Assembly: GCF_037042905.1 (NCBI RefSeq)
Contig: NC_087261.1
Span: forward strand, 25,546,001 to 25,610,000
DNA length: 64,000 bases
Direction of reading: 5' to 3'
Source of the DNA: Lytechinus pictus
Lineage: Eukaryota
Each line of letters begins with the position of its first letter. The stretch's first letter is position 1. The notes below the pieces were generated by a model that searched no databases, was not told where the DNA came from, and saw only the letters and a program-made list of their open reading frames with translations. This document shows positions 12,269 through 24,600 of the stretch, piece by piece. The position numbers and the translations under genes are program-made.

Positions 12269-14070
12269 TTACATGAGCTCCAGACAATTATCTTCCCATT
12301 CCTTCTCAAGAGGATATGTGTACAGGTTCTCGTCATTGTCATACACAAGGGTGTAAAATGTATAACCTTTGTCGAAATATTCCTGATCGTTACATTCCAT
12401 CAAGTCTTCAATGTCCTGTTGAGTACTCTTTCTCAACACTCTGCCATGGTATGTGACAAGACGTTTGCCACCTTCAGGAAGAAACTTGTGTTTAATTCTT
12501 TTGTGTAAAATGGTAGTTTCAGGAAAGGGTTCTTTGCGCTTTCTCCCTGTCACTTTTGATAGCAGTTTCTCTCTTAATGCCTTCCTTTCTTCTTGAAGAG
12601 TGTCACTATCAGGGAATGTGCAGGATGTACCAGATTCAGCATCTTCTGACTGACCGATGGGGGCTGAATGAACAACCTGAATTATCTCTTTTAAGTTGTC
12701 ACACAGGTCAGATGCGCTTAGGGGTTTACCAGCCTTTGACTTAAAAAACAAAGCACCTTTGACCAATCCTTTGTTAACAGACTTGTAGTAGTCAATCTGT
12801 GCCAACAGAGCCTTTCTTTGATCAGACGGAGCCTTCTTAGCCATCATGGACTCCACATCAGCACTGGAGGTACAAGGACCATCACACAACTTGTTTACCA
12901 TCTCAGTTGCTCTGACTGCTGTTGCTACTGATTTTCTCTTCTTTTCTTCTTTTGCTTGTTGCTGTCTGTCCATCATCTCTTGCCTTTCCTTCTTCATATC
13001 CTTAACCTTGTCTTGGTACCTCTTCATAACTATTCTTTTATTCTTAGTGGCATCATCAAATGTGCTCACGATGTCCTCGTTGCTGTCATCTATAGTAGTC
13101 AGGGGAAGCTCACTGTCATCTTTAGTAGTCAGGGGAGGCTCATTTCCATCAGGATGGTCATCTTCCAGTTGCTCTTCATTGATGGGTCTTTTAGTTGGAT
13201 AGCAGTAGGGAGTTCTTAAAAATTCCTCCAACCTTTCTCTTGATGAATCTCGGGACAATTTGATCCTCCTTGTGGCTACACTTTTCCAACTACTTATAAC
13301 AGTTCCTCTATGTGGTACTTCACCAGTTTTTTCTGGAAAAAGTGCACACCACCACTCATCAAGAACAGTCTTCCAAGGAATGGAATTTCGTCTACGATAA
13401 TGAAATAGCTCTACAATGATTCCATTTGAGATATCTCCTTGTAAATTACTGCATCCTTCTTTCAACAAACCAGGAGTAATTCCCAATTGCTGACATGCTG
13501 AACCAATAACACGATTAGACCCAGACAAGTCTGTATATTCTTCACATAGGGATTCTAAGTTATCAGCACTGATTGCTTTTAAAGCACTGCGTTTCACTTT
13601 GGACAGGATTCCAGGTAATGTGCAGTTAGGTTCTTTGATGCCCATGCTCTTCAAAATATTAACAAAGTCTTTCCGGAAGCTCAAGCTCTCAGTGTCATCA
13701 ACACATTTTCTGATGATTTCCATTAAGCCAAAAGTAGGCCTTGGGTCCTCCCACCAGTGATCTGTAATTAAAAGAAAAGGAAGAAGAAAAAAAAAATGTC
13801 AATGTAGGTTCTTTGCCTGAGTGATTTAAAATCAACGGCATACTAATTACTATATTTACTCAAATAATTGAAAAAAAATATCAATCAATTATTGATCTAA
13901 ACTTTAATTATTGACATTAAAAAGTGTTTGCTACCTTAAATAAAAGGATAATATTTGCTAATTTAAGAGGGAAAGTCTGGATTTATAAAATAAAAATAAT
14001 GTGAAACTTGAAAATAAATGCACATACTGTAGACCAAAACAAATATTAGGACTGAACCAATATATGTGTT

Positions 14071-14107
<37 letters not shown>

Positions 14108-14934
14108 GGCAGGGGGGGGGGGGGCCACAATTCTTTGTCAATGAATTAAAAAAAAATAATTATGAACGGGCACTAAACAGAGAAAGGGTTTTAAAATTGA
14201 TAGGGGAAGGATGTGTTATTCACAGCAATGGTATAAAGAAATTCTGAGAATGAGAAATAATTATTAGCTTATAATAATTTTTAAAGCCCATTTGAAAGTA
14301 TAATTTGTTTCTTTTGTAATTATGTCTCTTTGAGGCCCCCACCCCCTCCCCCTCCCCCCTAAAAAAAAATTAATTAATAAAGGAAAAGAATTGGTTATGG
14401 GCACAATTGAGACAAAATAATTCAGTAAATATGACCAAACAATTAATTAAAAGTGACAAATTTGACTTTCAAGTCTAATTTCTTGAATTGCCTGACATCA
14501 CACAACTATTGATTTGAAAAACGTACGAGGAAAATGAAAACAGTCGTTCCAGAGGGAGGGAGAGAGGCAATGGAATATCCATACCTTAAACTGCGCATGC
14601 GCAGAAAAGAAAAATTCGGTCGGCGAATGTGGCCGGTCGACTGGAGAAATGGCTGTGCAATTTTGCGCGCACTCCCTCTGCACAATCACGGCAAAATTGT
14701 TCATTAGATATTTGAAAAAGATCGACATTTTTCACATTTCATGTCACAATCACAACCATTTCACATCATTTCATAATAAAAATCCAATCAATCGGGTATT
14801 AAGAATACGTAATCGGCACAAATCTACTCACCAGGACATTTCCGTTCGTGTACAAGAGAGTGAATTTCATCGGCAGTCCATCCGGTGAGTTGGAGTATTC
14901 GTGTATGTTCTGCGCTGAAGTCAGCGGATGCCAT
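12269..14934 (-). CDS. Two-exon 531-aa transposase-derived protein (coiled coil plus C-terminal Tudor/Spin-like domain, no obvious catalytic core)
   Basis: Exon 1 is 14934-14832 (MASADFSAEH..ERKCP, donor G|GTGAGT); exon 2 is 13761-12269 (acceptor ttttaattacAG). Both junctions are phase 1 and the frame is open. C-terminus: LHKRIKHKF..YHGRVL..YTLVYDNDENLYTYPL..LELM. Confidence 0.75.
14591..14604. promoter_or_regulatory. NRF1-type palindrome CTGCGCATGCGCAG
   Basis: Perfect palindrome in the intron of the 531-aa gene; a related GCATGCGCATGC follows DDX24 exon 1 at ~15858. Confidence 0.4.
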
Positions 14935-15619
14935 GATTGAAGTCAAGCGCGTAGTACCTCGAAATCGTGAACCAAAATTTGGTTTGCTCAATTCAAAGCC
15001 ATTTCCTTGCTAGTTACACTCATTTTCAGGACAAAATAATATCATCCCTAAAAAATGTAACAAGTACTTCACTCTTCGGAAATACACTTGAATACCGGAG
15101 ATATGAAGAATCCAAGCCACACGGTAAAATCGCCTGCGGTGTGACCATAAATTGGTTTCCACGGAAGCAGAATACAGGGTCATGATCGGAAAGGTCACGA
15201 TATCCTTATATGGAAATTTCATGCACATATTTAGAGTGTAACATGTGAGGATCGTTGATTTTTCTGAGGGGATGTTTTTAGTCATTTTCAGGGCGTTTTC
15301 AAAAATACGCGAAGTTAAGCGCCACGCGTCATTTCCCCCCAAATACCGGCGGTGTGCTTGGAGTTAAATATTGATTAGAAATATGAATTCTTCATGAAAA
15401 AAGGTGAGAAGCGAGACAGAGCATATTGACAATACAATAAAAATGGAGGTAAAGAAATTAAAACTATATACTTATTTTTAAACTCACAGGAATGTTTTAA
15501 AAAGTAACAAAAATTATGTTCACGCAGGAATGGATGAATTTAGCATTTCAAGCAGACTGTGTGCGCATACGCTGTGCTATGCCTTAAATCAAGTTATAAT
15601 ATAAGGTTATCAAATCAAG

Positions 15620-18600
15620 ATGGCGACTTCCATTCGACACGTGAAGCGGCGCGAGCGCTTGAAGAAATACAACAAAATGAAGAGAGAATCACGAAAACAG
15701 CCCGCTTTTCTAGATGAACAGAATTGGAAACCTTTCGAAGTGGATATGTCAGCGTTTGCTGACGAAGAGATGGGTGGATTCGTTGGAATGGAGGTTTTAA
15801 CTGATTACGATCCAAACATGTTTAGAAAACTTACGAGTGGGACTGTGGGAAAGGTAAGCATGCGCATGCAGAGTGAAGGTGCTCCGCTCCGCCGCTTACT
15901 GCGCGCTGCGGCAGCTCGAAAAAGACGCCGCCGATGATTCAGGCGGAGCTGGGGCTCAGCTCAGGATAGCCCAAAAAGCTTCAGTCTCTGTATTTTGGTT
16001 GTTCAGCTGAACTGCGTTGGCTCCACTTACAGTAGAGGCGCACGGCCAATATGGGAGACTCTCTCCAATAGGGGAGACAATCTCCCACATGTCATTGGAG
16101 ACTTGCTTTGCAAAAGGACAAAAGAAACAACACCAACAAAAGCGTGATTATTTCCACCCAAAATTTTGTCTCACTGAGGTCAGAAGCCCATTTGTTTTGT
16201 GTGTGATTGACAAGAAAAATCCTTATCAAAACAAAAGTAGACGTAGACAGCTGGCAGCCGTCTGTTTTGAGGAGTTTTTTAACATTTTTTTTTTTAAGTT
16301 CTCCTCATACACAGACGGCTCGCTAGCGTGCAGCCACCATTAGGGGACTTGCAATGCAAAATCCCCCCGTCGGGGCTCTTCAATTTTTGTCTTTAATCAA
16401 TAAACATTTTGAAAATTAATGCGACCAAAATGCAAATTGATATTCCCTCTTGGCATTAATTGCCAAGAAACGGCGAAAAATCGAGTTAAAAGGAACAAAA
16501 ACAGTGACTTACCTCGGCTGTCGCGCAAATTCACTTCCCCGTTTTATCCGATCTTAAGTACATAAACATATGGCCATTGAGTCCCCTGTACAGATCGCGC
16601 TAGAACTTCGGTCTCTGTATTTGGTGAGTGAAGCCAACGGAGTTCAGCTGAACAACCAACATAACAGAGACCGAAGCTTTTGGTCTAAAGTAGACGGTGA
16701 ATTTTTAAAGTAGACGGTGAAAAGGGGTAATTTTTCATTAGGAATCCCCTTATCACATTTTTATTTGCCGCCAAGGTAATCCTTTTGCAGCAAATGTAAA
16801 CAAAGGAAATTGGTCTCCAAAACTGGAGACCGTCTCTGAAATTGGATACCCAAATTCTTTACAAAAGTCTCTGATATTGGAGATAATCTCCCACATTGGA
16901 GATAGTCTCCAATATTGGCCGTGCGCCTCTACTGACTTAGCATGGCCCTGGAGTAGCCTGGAGGCTTGTCAGACACAGACGGCTCGCTATCGTGCACGTG
17001 CAGCCACCATTAACGTTAGTCGTTAGACTTAGAATAGATCATGTTAACATTAAACAATGCAAAATCCCCCCGATGCGACGCGACAAGGCTCATCGATTGT
17101 TGATTATTTGTTGTCTTTATTCAGGGCTGCCAACTCTCACACAATCTGAGCTGCGTGAGTCGCACACAATTCACCCGATTCTCACGCTGACCGTAGCCGT
17201 AGGAATTCTCAAGCTAAACCCCGAAAATAGAGAGAAAAAAAGTTTAATACCTGAAGACAGTACCGAGGTTTTTTACCTGACTGCTAAGAAAGCATGAATG
17301 CCTGTGAGCAAGCAACCAGGGGACCAACGGCTTAAAGTCCTTTCCGAGGGACCTGGTAATGAGGATTAAATGCCTTACCAAGGCAAAGGGCACTAGCGCA
17401 CCACTTGGGAATCGAACCCGGGTCACCGGAATCCGAAACCCCCGCTCTACTGAGCTATCGCGCCTCTTTATTAACCTATATTGGATATTCAATAACATTA
17501 TAACACGGCCAGGCAAAAGTTTCAAAGTTTTTAACCACACAAGCGCAAAGCTAAACCATCAATGCAAATTGGTTTCGGTTTGCCGCGCTAAGACAAGATA
17601 TTGAGTTGCGATTGGCTTACTGTACCCCGCGTGAAGAGCTGGTGACATCAAAATTTTACTATGAAGCTGGGTTTTTGAGCGAGGCACAACGAGCGATCGA
17701 GTGTCAATGCAATGCCATGCCATGGCGATAGCCCGCCGGCACGGCGCTTTGAATACATGATAGCCCCACATATGCATTTGTGTGTGTTTTGATACACTTG
17801 GTTTCTTTCGTAGCTTTATTTTAAATGAGCCAAAAAGAAACTGATAATTTTTATATGATGATACTATCATGATAGTTATAGCTTTCTTTATATCTTTCTC
17901 TCCTTCTTTCTTTTCAATCTTTCTTTGTTTTTTGTTACTGTCTTTCTTTTTTAATTTTCCTTTTTTTCTTTGTCTTCTTTCTGTCCTTAAAAAAAATATT
18001 TTTCTCTATTTCTTTTTCTCTTTTTTTTTATTTTTATTTTTATTTCTTTCTGTCTTTAATTCTTGAGTCCATCCATCCTATATCTATCTCTTCTTTCTTT
18101 CTTTCTTTCTTTCTTTGTTTCTTTCCTTCCTTCTTTTTACCCTTTCTTTCCTTCATTCTTTGTTCTTTCTTCCATCCATCCTTTCTTTACCCCTTCTTGT
18201 TTTTTATTTCTTCCTTTTAGCTTTTTTTCTCTTTCATTAATTCCTTTCTTCTTTCTGTCTTGTTCTTTCTTTCTTTTTTCCCTTCGTTCCATCTATCCTT
18301 TAACCTTTTCTTTCTTTCTTTCTTTCTTTTTTTCTTTCTTTCTCCTTTTCTTTCTTTCATTCCTTTCTTTGTCTTTCTTTTTTTTCCTTTCATCTATTCT
18401 TTTCTTTCTTTTTTATATTGCTTGCTTCCTTCCTTCCTCTCCTGGGAGCAGCAGATAATCACAGGTTGAGGTTTCACTGCTAAGCTTATAAAGACAGTTG
18501 ATTTGGAATAATGCACTTAAAAATGTGGAAATTTTTTTCAAGGTCAGTGAACTTCATTAAAAAAGTCAATTAACCTATTTGACTCCTTATGTATTTATGG

Positions 18601-21600
18601 AATCAGAGTTAAAAGTATGTGCCAGATTGCACCATTTAAATTGCAAAATTGTAAAAGCTCCCTACCGTGAAAGGGGGGACACCCCCCTTCCACACATCCC
18701 CCCTCGGGCGCTCCGCTCCCTCGCAATGTCACACTCCAAACTCGTCTCAAAAGTTGGCAGCCCTGCTTTATTTCATAAAAAATATATAAAAAGAACTGTA
18801 CCAAAATAAAGATTATTATTCCTTTTTGGCCTGAAATGCACCAAAACGGGGAAAAATAAAATAAAGGGGGAAAAAACAGTGACTTACTTCGGCTGTGGCG
18901 CAACTTCACTTCCCTGTTTTATCCGAACTTAATACATAAACATATGTCCATTGAGTCCCTGTACAGATCGTGCTAGAACTTCGGTCTCTGTATTTGGTGA
19001 GTGGAGCCAACGGAGTTCAGCGGAACAACCAACATAACAGAGACCGAAGCTTTTGGTCTAGGAGGCTCCTGGCCTGGAGAAGTCATTTACTGACGTACAT
19101 GTAGGCTTATTACTCTCTATGGAGCCTGGGACGGGATGGCATAGGCCCACTCACACCGAGTATTTTGGAGACAACGTCAATGTTGCTCCAAAATACTTGT
19201 TTTCTTTAACTTACTTATCCCAAATTTATGTAAATGGGCTACAACTTCATTTCCCCCCATTATAGGAAATAATAAACTTCTTTTTACACAAAAAATAATA
19301 TAAAAATGAAGAAAAATCATGTAAGAAGATGAGCAGATACAGATGTTATCGTCGCCATCTTGCCGTCTTTGTTATCGTAGCCTATAGCTACAAGACGCGT
19401 ATAGAGGGCGACAATATCATGAGCAGTGCCAATTTAAATTTTAAAAAAATACTTCCATCGGCCGATAAATATCATGAATCATAAAATACTTGCATCGGTC
19501 AATAAATATGATATTTATCATATTATATTAATTATAGATGAACCGTGGCATAGTGTGCCAAAAGTTTTTGAAGGGTCCAGATATTGCATACTGGGCAAAA
19601 TTTATAAAGATGTAAGCAAGAGAAGCAAACAACAAAAAATTTGATATCCGCTTCTATAATGAAAACACAATTTTACTGCTTAATATGCAGTAGTGCATGT
19701 CCTCTCAGCATTATTTGACCAATGCGGTGATGTCCTTTATACCACATGAAACTGGACATTCATTTGTGACTCCAAGTCATACTTAACTCTTTGTGACCCC
19801 CCTTAGAACATTCAGCACCAGCTGTTCTAATATATATACATGTCTATTATTTCTTCAAAAAGTGAAATATCAACATAGTAAACATGCATATATTTTCTTT
19901 TATTCTTGTTCAGATGTGAACCATTCATTCATCAACTACCAATGAATGGAAATATTTGCATATTCATGCACATTAATACGCAGTTTTAATAGCTAACCTT
20001 TCAAATTTGTTCGAAAATAACTCAAAATCTCATGATTCATCGGTATCAAGAAGCAAGTTACCACACTCTCTAAGATACACACAGAGCTTGTTTTCCATAC
20101 TTTTGTTGGTATCGATAAACTGTTATTCAAACAATATGCTTGGACTACTGCTATCAAAGCAATTGTAAAATATTGTTGTATTACGTGCACACCATTTGTG
20201 TTCCCACTAGCATTTTGTTTTTCTTTTTTTAGCAGGCAAGAGTTTATTAAACCATGATAAGGTCTTGCAGATACAAGTCTGTTAATAATTCTGAAAGCCA
20301 CATGAAGTAGGGCTCATCCTGGTCATCATAAAGTATCTTGAGCTCTCCGCTGTCAGGCGCTACCACTCTACCTTTATACTAGATGTCTCTGCCATCTTCG
20401 TCCCATCGATGGTGGAATTCTTGGTGAATTGAATTGAATTTATTAGAACGTTACTGACATTCGCCAATATTTTGTTCAAAACAAGGAGTACAAAATAATA
20501 CAATTCAAGGAATATAAGCAAATAAACAAAAATAAATAAAACAGTATTTCGTCAAAGAGAAAAAAACTTATGTCTACTTATAAATAATAAATGCATCATG
20601 GCATAAATAATAGAAGGGAGTGATAAGCATGCAGGTGACATATATACATATACATATTCATAAATACACATATATACATACATACACACATATCGATGTA
20701 GAATGCTAGATGGATCAATAATGAATCACAGGTACAAGTGATGATAATCCTCAGCTTCCTGTGGGGAAACTGCATACAATTCTTTCATGCTCCTCTCTTG
20801 AGCATTTGGAGAAGGCATCCTTTTCAACACCTTGTTGCAAAACTTTCGGGTGCGAAAGCTGATTTGCTTTCGGAGGACATTACAGGCTTTTGTCTTGGAC
20901 TTACACTGAGGTGTCTCACCAATATTGTCCTGTGCAATCAGTCCATGTGTTTACGACACACTCCATTATCTCCTCCAGTCTTTCTCGTTCTCTGGCATCT
21001 TTTACGTTCATTTTTTCTTGCTTGCTTGCTTCTGACCCTGTTCCTGACTGCTTCAACATAAGCTTGTCCATCTGCTCTTGTGGATCGGGTGACTGCCTCT
21101 TCTATGAGGTTCCTTTTATTCTGTGGACTTGATGTTTCCACCCACTTTCTTGTCTTATTGACGGAGAACATTACCTGTCCCTTCAATTTAGAGATCTTGG
21201 TATTTTTTCTTCTGTGGACTTGACATTTCCAACCACTTTGTTGTCTTATTGACGGAGAACATTACTTTTCCCTCCAATTTAGAGATCTTGGTATTTTTCT
21301 TCTGTGGACTTGACATTTCCAACCACTTTCTCGTGTTATTGACGGAGAACATTACTTTTCCCTCCAATTTAGAGATCTTGGTATTTTTTCTTCTGTGGAC
21401 TTGACGTTTCCAACCACTTTCTTGTCTTATCGACGGAGAACATTACCGTTCCCTCCAATTTAGAGATCTTGGTATTTTTTTCTTCTGTGGACTTGATGTT
21501 TCAAACCACTTTCTTGTCTTATTGACAGAGAGCATAACCTTTCTCTCCAATTTAGAGATCTTGGTATTTGGTGCTCTTTGAAGTCTGGAATCCATCATCA

Positions 21601-24600
21601 CAAAATTCCTCTCACCACTTATGTTGGTGGGAGAACACGACATCGCAGCTTCCTTAAGTTCATCAGATGGATCCCAGAACTCTCCTCCAGGAAGCTGCGA
21701 TTCCAATTGCTGGTTTATTACTTTAATGAAACCATTCAGGATGTGGGAGAGAGTGGAGTGCATTTGAGGTTGGATAGCTCAATATCTTGATATTGACAAG
21801 ACCGTTGTTGATCTTGTATAGCTTACAAAGTCTATGGTTTCTTCTTCTTGTCTGAAGAGATTCCCAGCCAAGATCACTAAGTGCTTTAGTGACAGAGCCC
21901 TCCTCCCTATGATAGTTACTGGTACAAAATAATGTTAATATTAAGATGTTAAGAGATAATGTTCTAAAAGGGTGAACCCTCCTCCTCTTCCATGAAGGCT
22001 CCCTCGATGTATCAGCCAGGGAATCCAGACACAAGTATCTTTCCTGGAAAAGTCATGGAAAGTCCATGAATTCTGGAAATCCCTCCAGCTAAGGTTTTCG
22101 GTTGGTGGGCTTTCATGGCGATACCAACCGCCTTGCTTCCATGAACTTGAAGTTGTTGGCTGTTCTTCAGGATTCATGTTCGGCCTTTTATTCATTTATT
22201 TATTTATTACACATATTTAAAAAGGGTAGCCCAATCAGCAGAAATACTGGTTTTCATTGGGGCCCTTTGTAAAAATACAATGTAAAATATGCGTGAAAAT
22301 AACCACTGAGATGTATATCAGCTCAGTACAAACAGACAAAGATGATAAAACAAGACTTAAACTATATACATGTACATAGTGTACAGCAATATGTTAAAAG
22401 TACAAAATAAATGTGAACATTTAGTAACCTTAGTAAATTGAGCAAAAATAAAAAGGTGAATAAATAAAATGCATGACATTGACAAACAGCAATAAATACA
22501 TACATGGAAATACTGCTCGATTCTTTAACAGAAAAGATTAAACAAAAGAATGTAGAAAATGTAAAATTGAATTTGGCTAAGCGAATTAAACTAAATGTGT
22601 AAACATTCGCACACAGTACTTATACATCCATAGATAAAAATTTAAAAAAATATGAAATACATATGTATGATATCAAAAAGACATCAACATTATCTGATTT
22701 GCTGGATAATCCTAAGTTAAAGCCCAAAGAAGAATGAAAAAATTGATTTACCTTCCAGAGTGTTGATTCAAATTATAATTTTATTTCCTGTATCCATATT
22801 CATTACATATTAATTTTATATGATGCAAGATGATTAAAGGCCGCTTGCAGTAAAATAGAAATAGAAACAGAAATGGTTTATTGAACAAAAATCATTTGCA
22901 GCCCAAAGGCTGAATTACAGATTTTCAAACATAAAAGCAAATACACAAATATACATCATAATTATGACAACATAATGAAAAACGGAAATGAAAAACATAA
23001 TTCAAAATATATAATAAAAAGTAATCACATGCCTGAGGTAATTACATGTAATACATATGTTATGAAATCAATCACCATTGTAATATAGTTATGTTTACAA
23101 CCATTTATTATTTAATTAAAAAAACTGACCATGCACCAACACCTAAAGGTCAACACTGAAGTTGAAATCACCCACTGTATTCATTGTTGCCAGTTTAATT
23201 TCTGTATCCCTTTATTCCATTTTATTACCCTCTGCAGCAGGATTCCAAATCACTCAAGAAGGTTCAAGACGTCCAGAAACCCCTAGCCAGTAAAACATCC
23301 ATAGAAAAGAAGGTGAAAGGGAATAAAAAGAACAAGAAGAAAGGCACGACTGTAGGAAATACCATCACAAACCCTAAGAAAAGCACCTCATCAAAAGACA
23401 AGCAAAACAAATCTGCCAATATGAAAGCAAGGACTAAGCAGGAAACTGCCGTTGCTAGCAAGTATGTGAAAGATGCTTTGAAGAATGAGGAGAAAGCAGC
23501 AAGCCCCGGAAAGTCAGGAGTAAGGAAGAGAAAATCAGGAAGAGAGCGACTTGAAGAGCTTAGGGCTAAGAGGAAAAAGAGAAAGAGTGAACAAGGAGGA
23601 GAAGAACAAGAGAACTTGAGAGATGTGGAAGAGGAGAAGGAGCCAAGGAATGAGGAGGACAAAGACAATGAAAGAGAGATACCAAATACTGGTGAGTACA
23701 AATTCTTTACAAGCATTCCCATAATTGTAATAAATTTATTCTTCCTAATTCAATCTAGAATTTTCTATGCTTAAGTGGGACACCCTACATATCCCCACCC
23801 TAGTGCATTGATCGGTCTCTTCAGTTGTAAGGATTCGCCTGTCTAAACCTCATTCAAGCATCCCTAACCATGATTGTAATAAATGTCTTTCTCTTTATAC
23901 TAATCTAGAAGTTTCTATGTCTAAGTGGGAGAACCTATCTATCCCCACCCTTGTGCATCAGTCTCTGCAGTCACTTGCCCCACTCCCATTCGACCATTCC
24001 TTGTTCATGTCTTCAATGATAATGCTGAATGTCTTCTCTCTCTCTAATTTTAATCCAGAAGTTGCTATGTCAAAGTGGGACAGCCTATCTGTCCCCACCG
24101 TAGTGCATCAATCCCTGCAGTCCATGGGATTCACCCGCCCCACCCCGATTCAAGCTGGTTGCATACCTGCTGCTATCAACGAAGGCAAAGACATAGTGGG
24201 AGCAGCTGAAACGGTGAGATTGTGAGAAAAAATAAATCTATTAACCACTAAAATCTTGACTTCGAATATTGTTAAGGTGTTTGAAACAAAATTGCCTCAG
24301 ATTGAAGTATTAGTATGAATTATAAAGAATTTCAATCTAGAATATTCTTGGAATGGGTGGAGTATATTTTGTGACTTTATAAAATTTCATTATTAGTTGA
24401 TATATTTCTAGAAAGAAATAAGACACATTTCAAAGTGCTGAGCATATTTGGTGACTCTTAATATTGAAGTGCAATATCCTATCTTGTTCATCTCCTGATT
24501 TCTCAAAGTAAGAGGGAAAATGAAGGAAGCTTTCTAGGTCTCTGTATCAAAAGTATCGCAAAGGTTTATGATTGATTGCAGTTATGAAAGAACATTCCTT

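Larger units (their letters stand above)
17122..18765. mobile_element. hAT-like non-autonomous element containing a SINE and a CT-rich tract
   Basis: CAGGGCTGCCAACT...AGTTGGCAGCCCTG flanked by CTTTATT on both sides. Confidence 0.75.
16968..19060. mobile_element. Further copy of the TAGAC element, split by the 17122-18765 insertion
   Basis: acagacggctcgct..cagccaccatta at ~16975 and ..cagagaccgaagcttttggtcta ending at 19060 match 16244-16687; a truncated end also lies at ~15967-16024. Confidence 0.7.

Noticed and set aside
15854..15937. Arg/Ala-rich C-terminus of the 105-aa ORF
   Set aside because: Intron read-through past the AAG|GTAAGC donor of DDX24 exon 1.
17395..17466. Possible tRNA gene
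   Set aside because: A and B boxes are present, but no clean cloverleaf was found and it continues into a SINE body.
17869..18469. Hydrophobic Phe/Leu/Ser ORFs resembling membrane proteins
   Set aside because: Low-complexity CT tract; the same applies to 47473-47891 and the Lys-rich ORF 56163-56369.
21119..21568. CRISPR-like array
   Set aside because: Whole units repeat with no unique spacers; eukaryotic tandem repeat.
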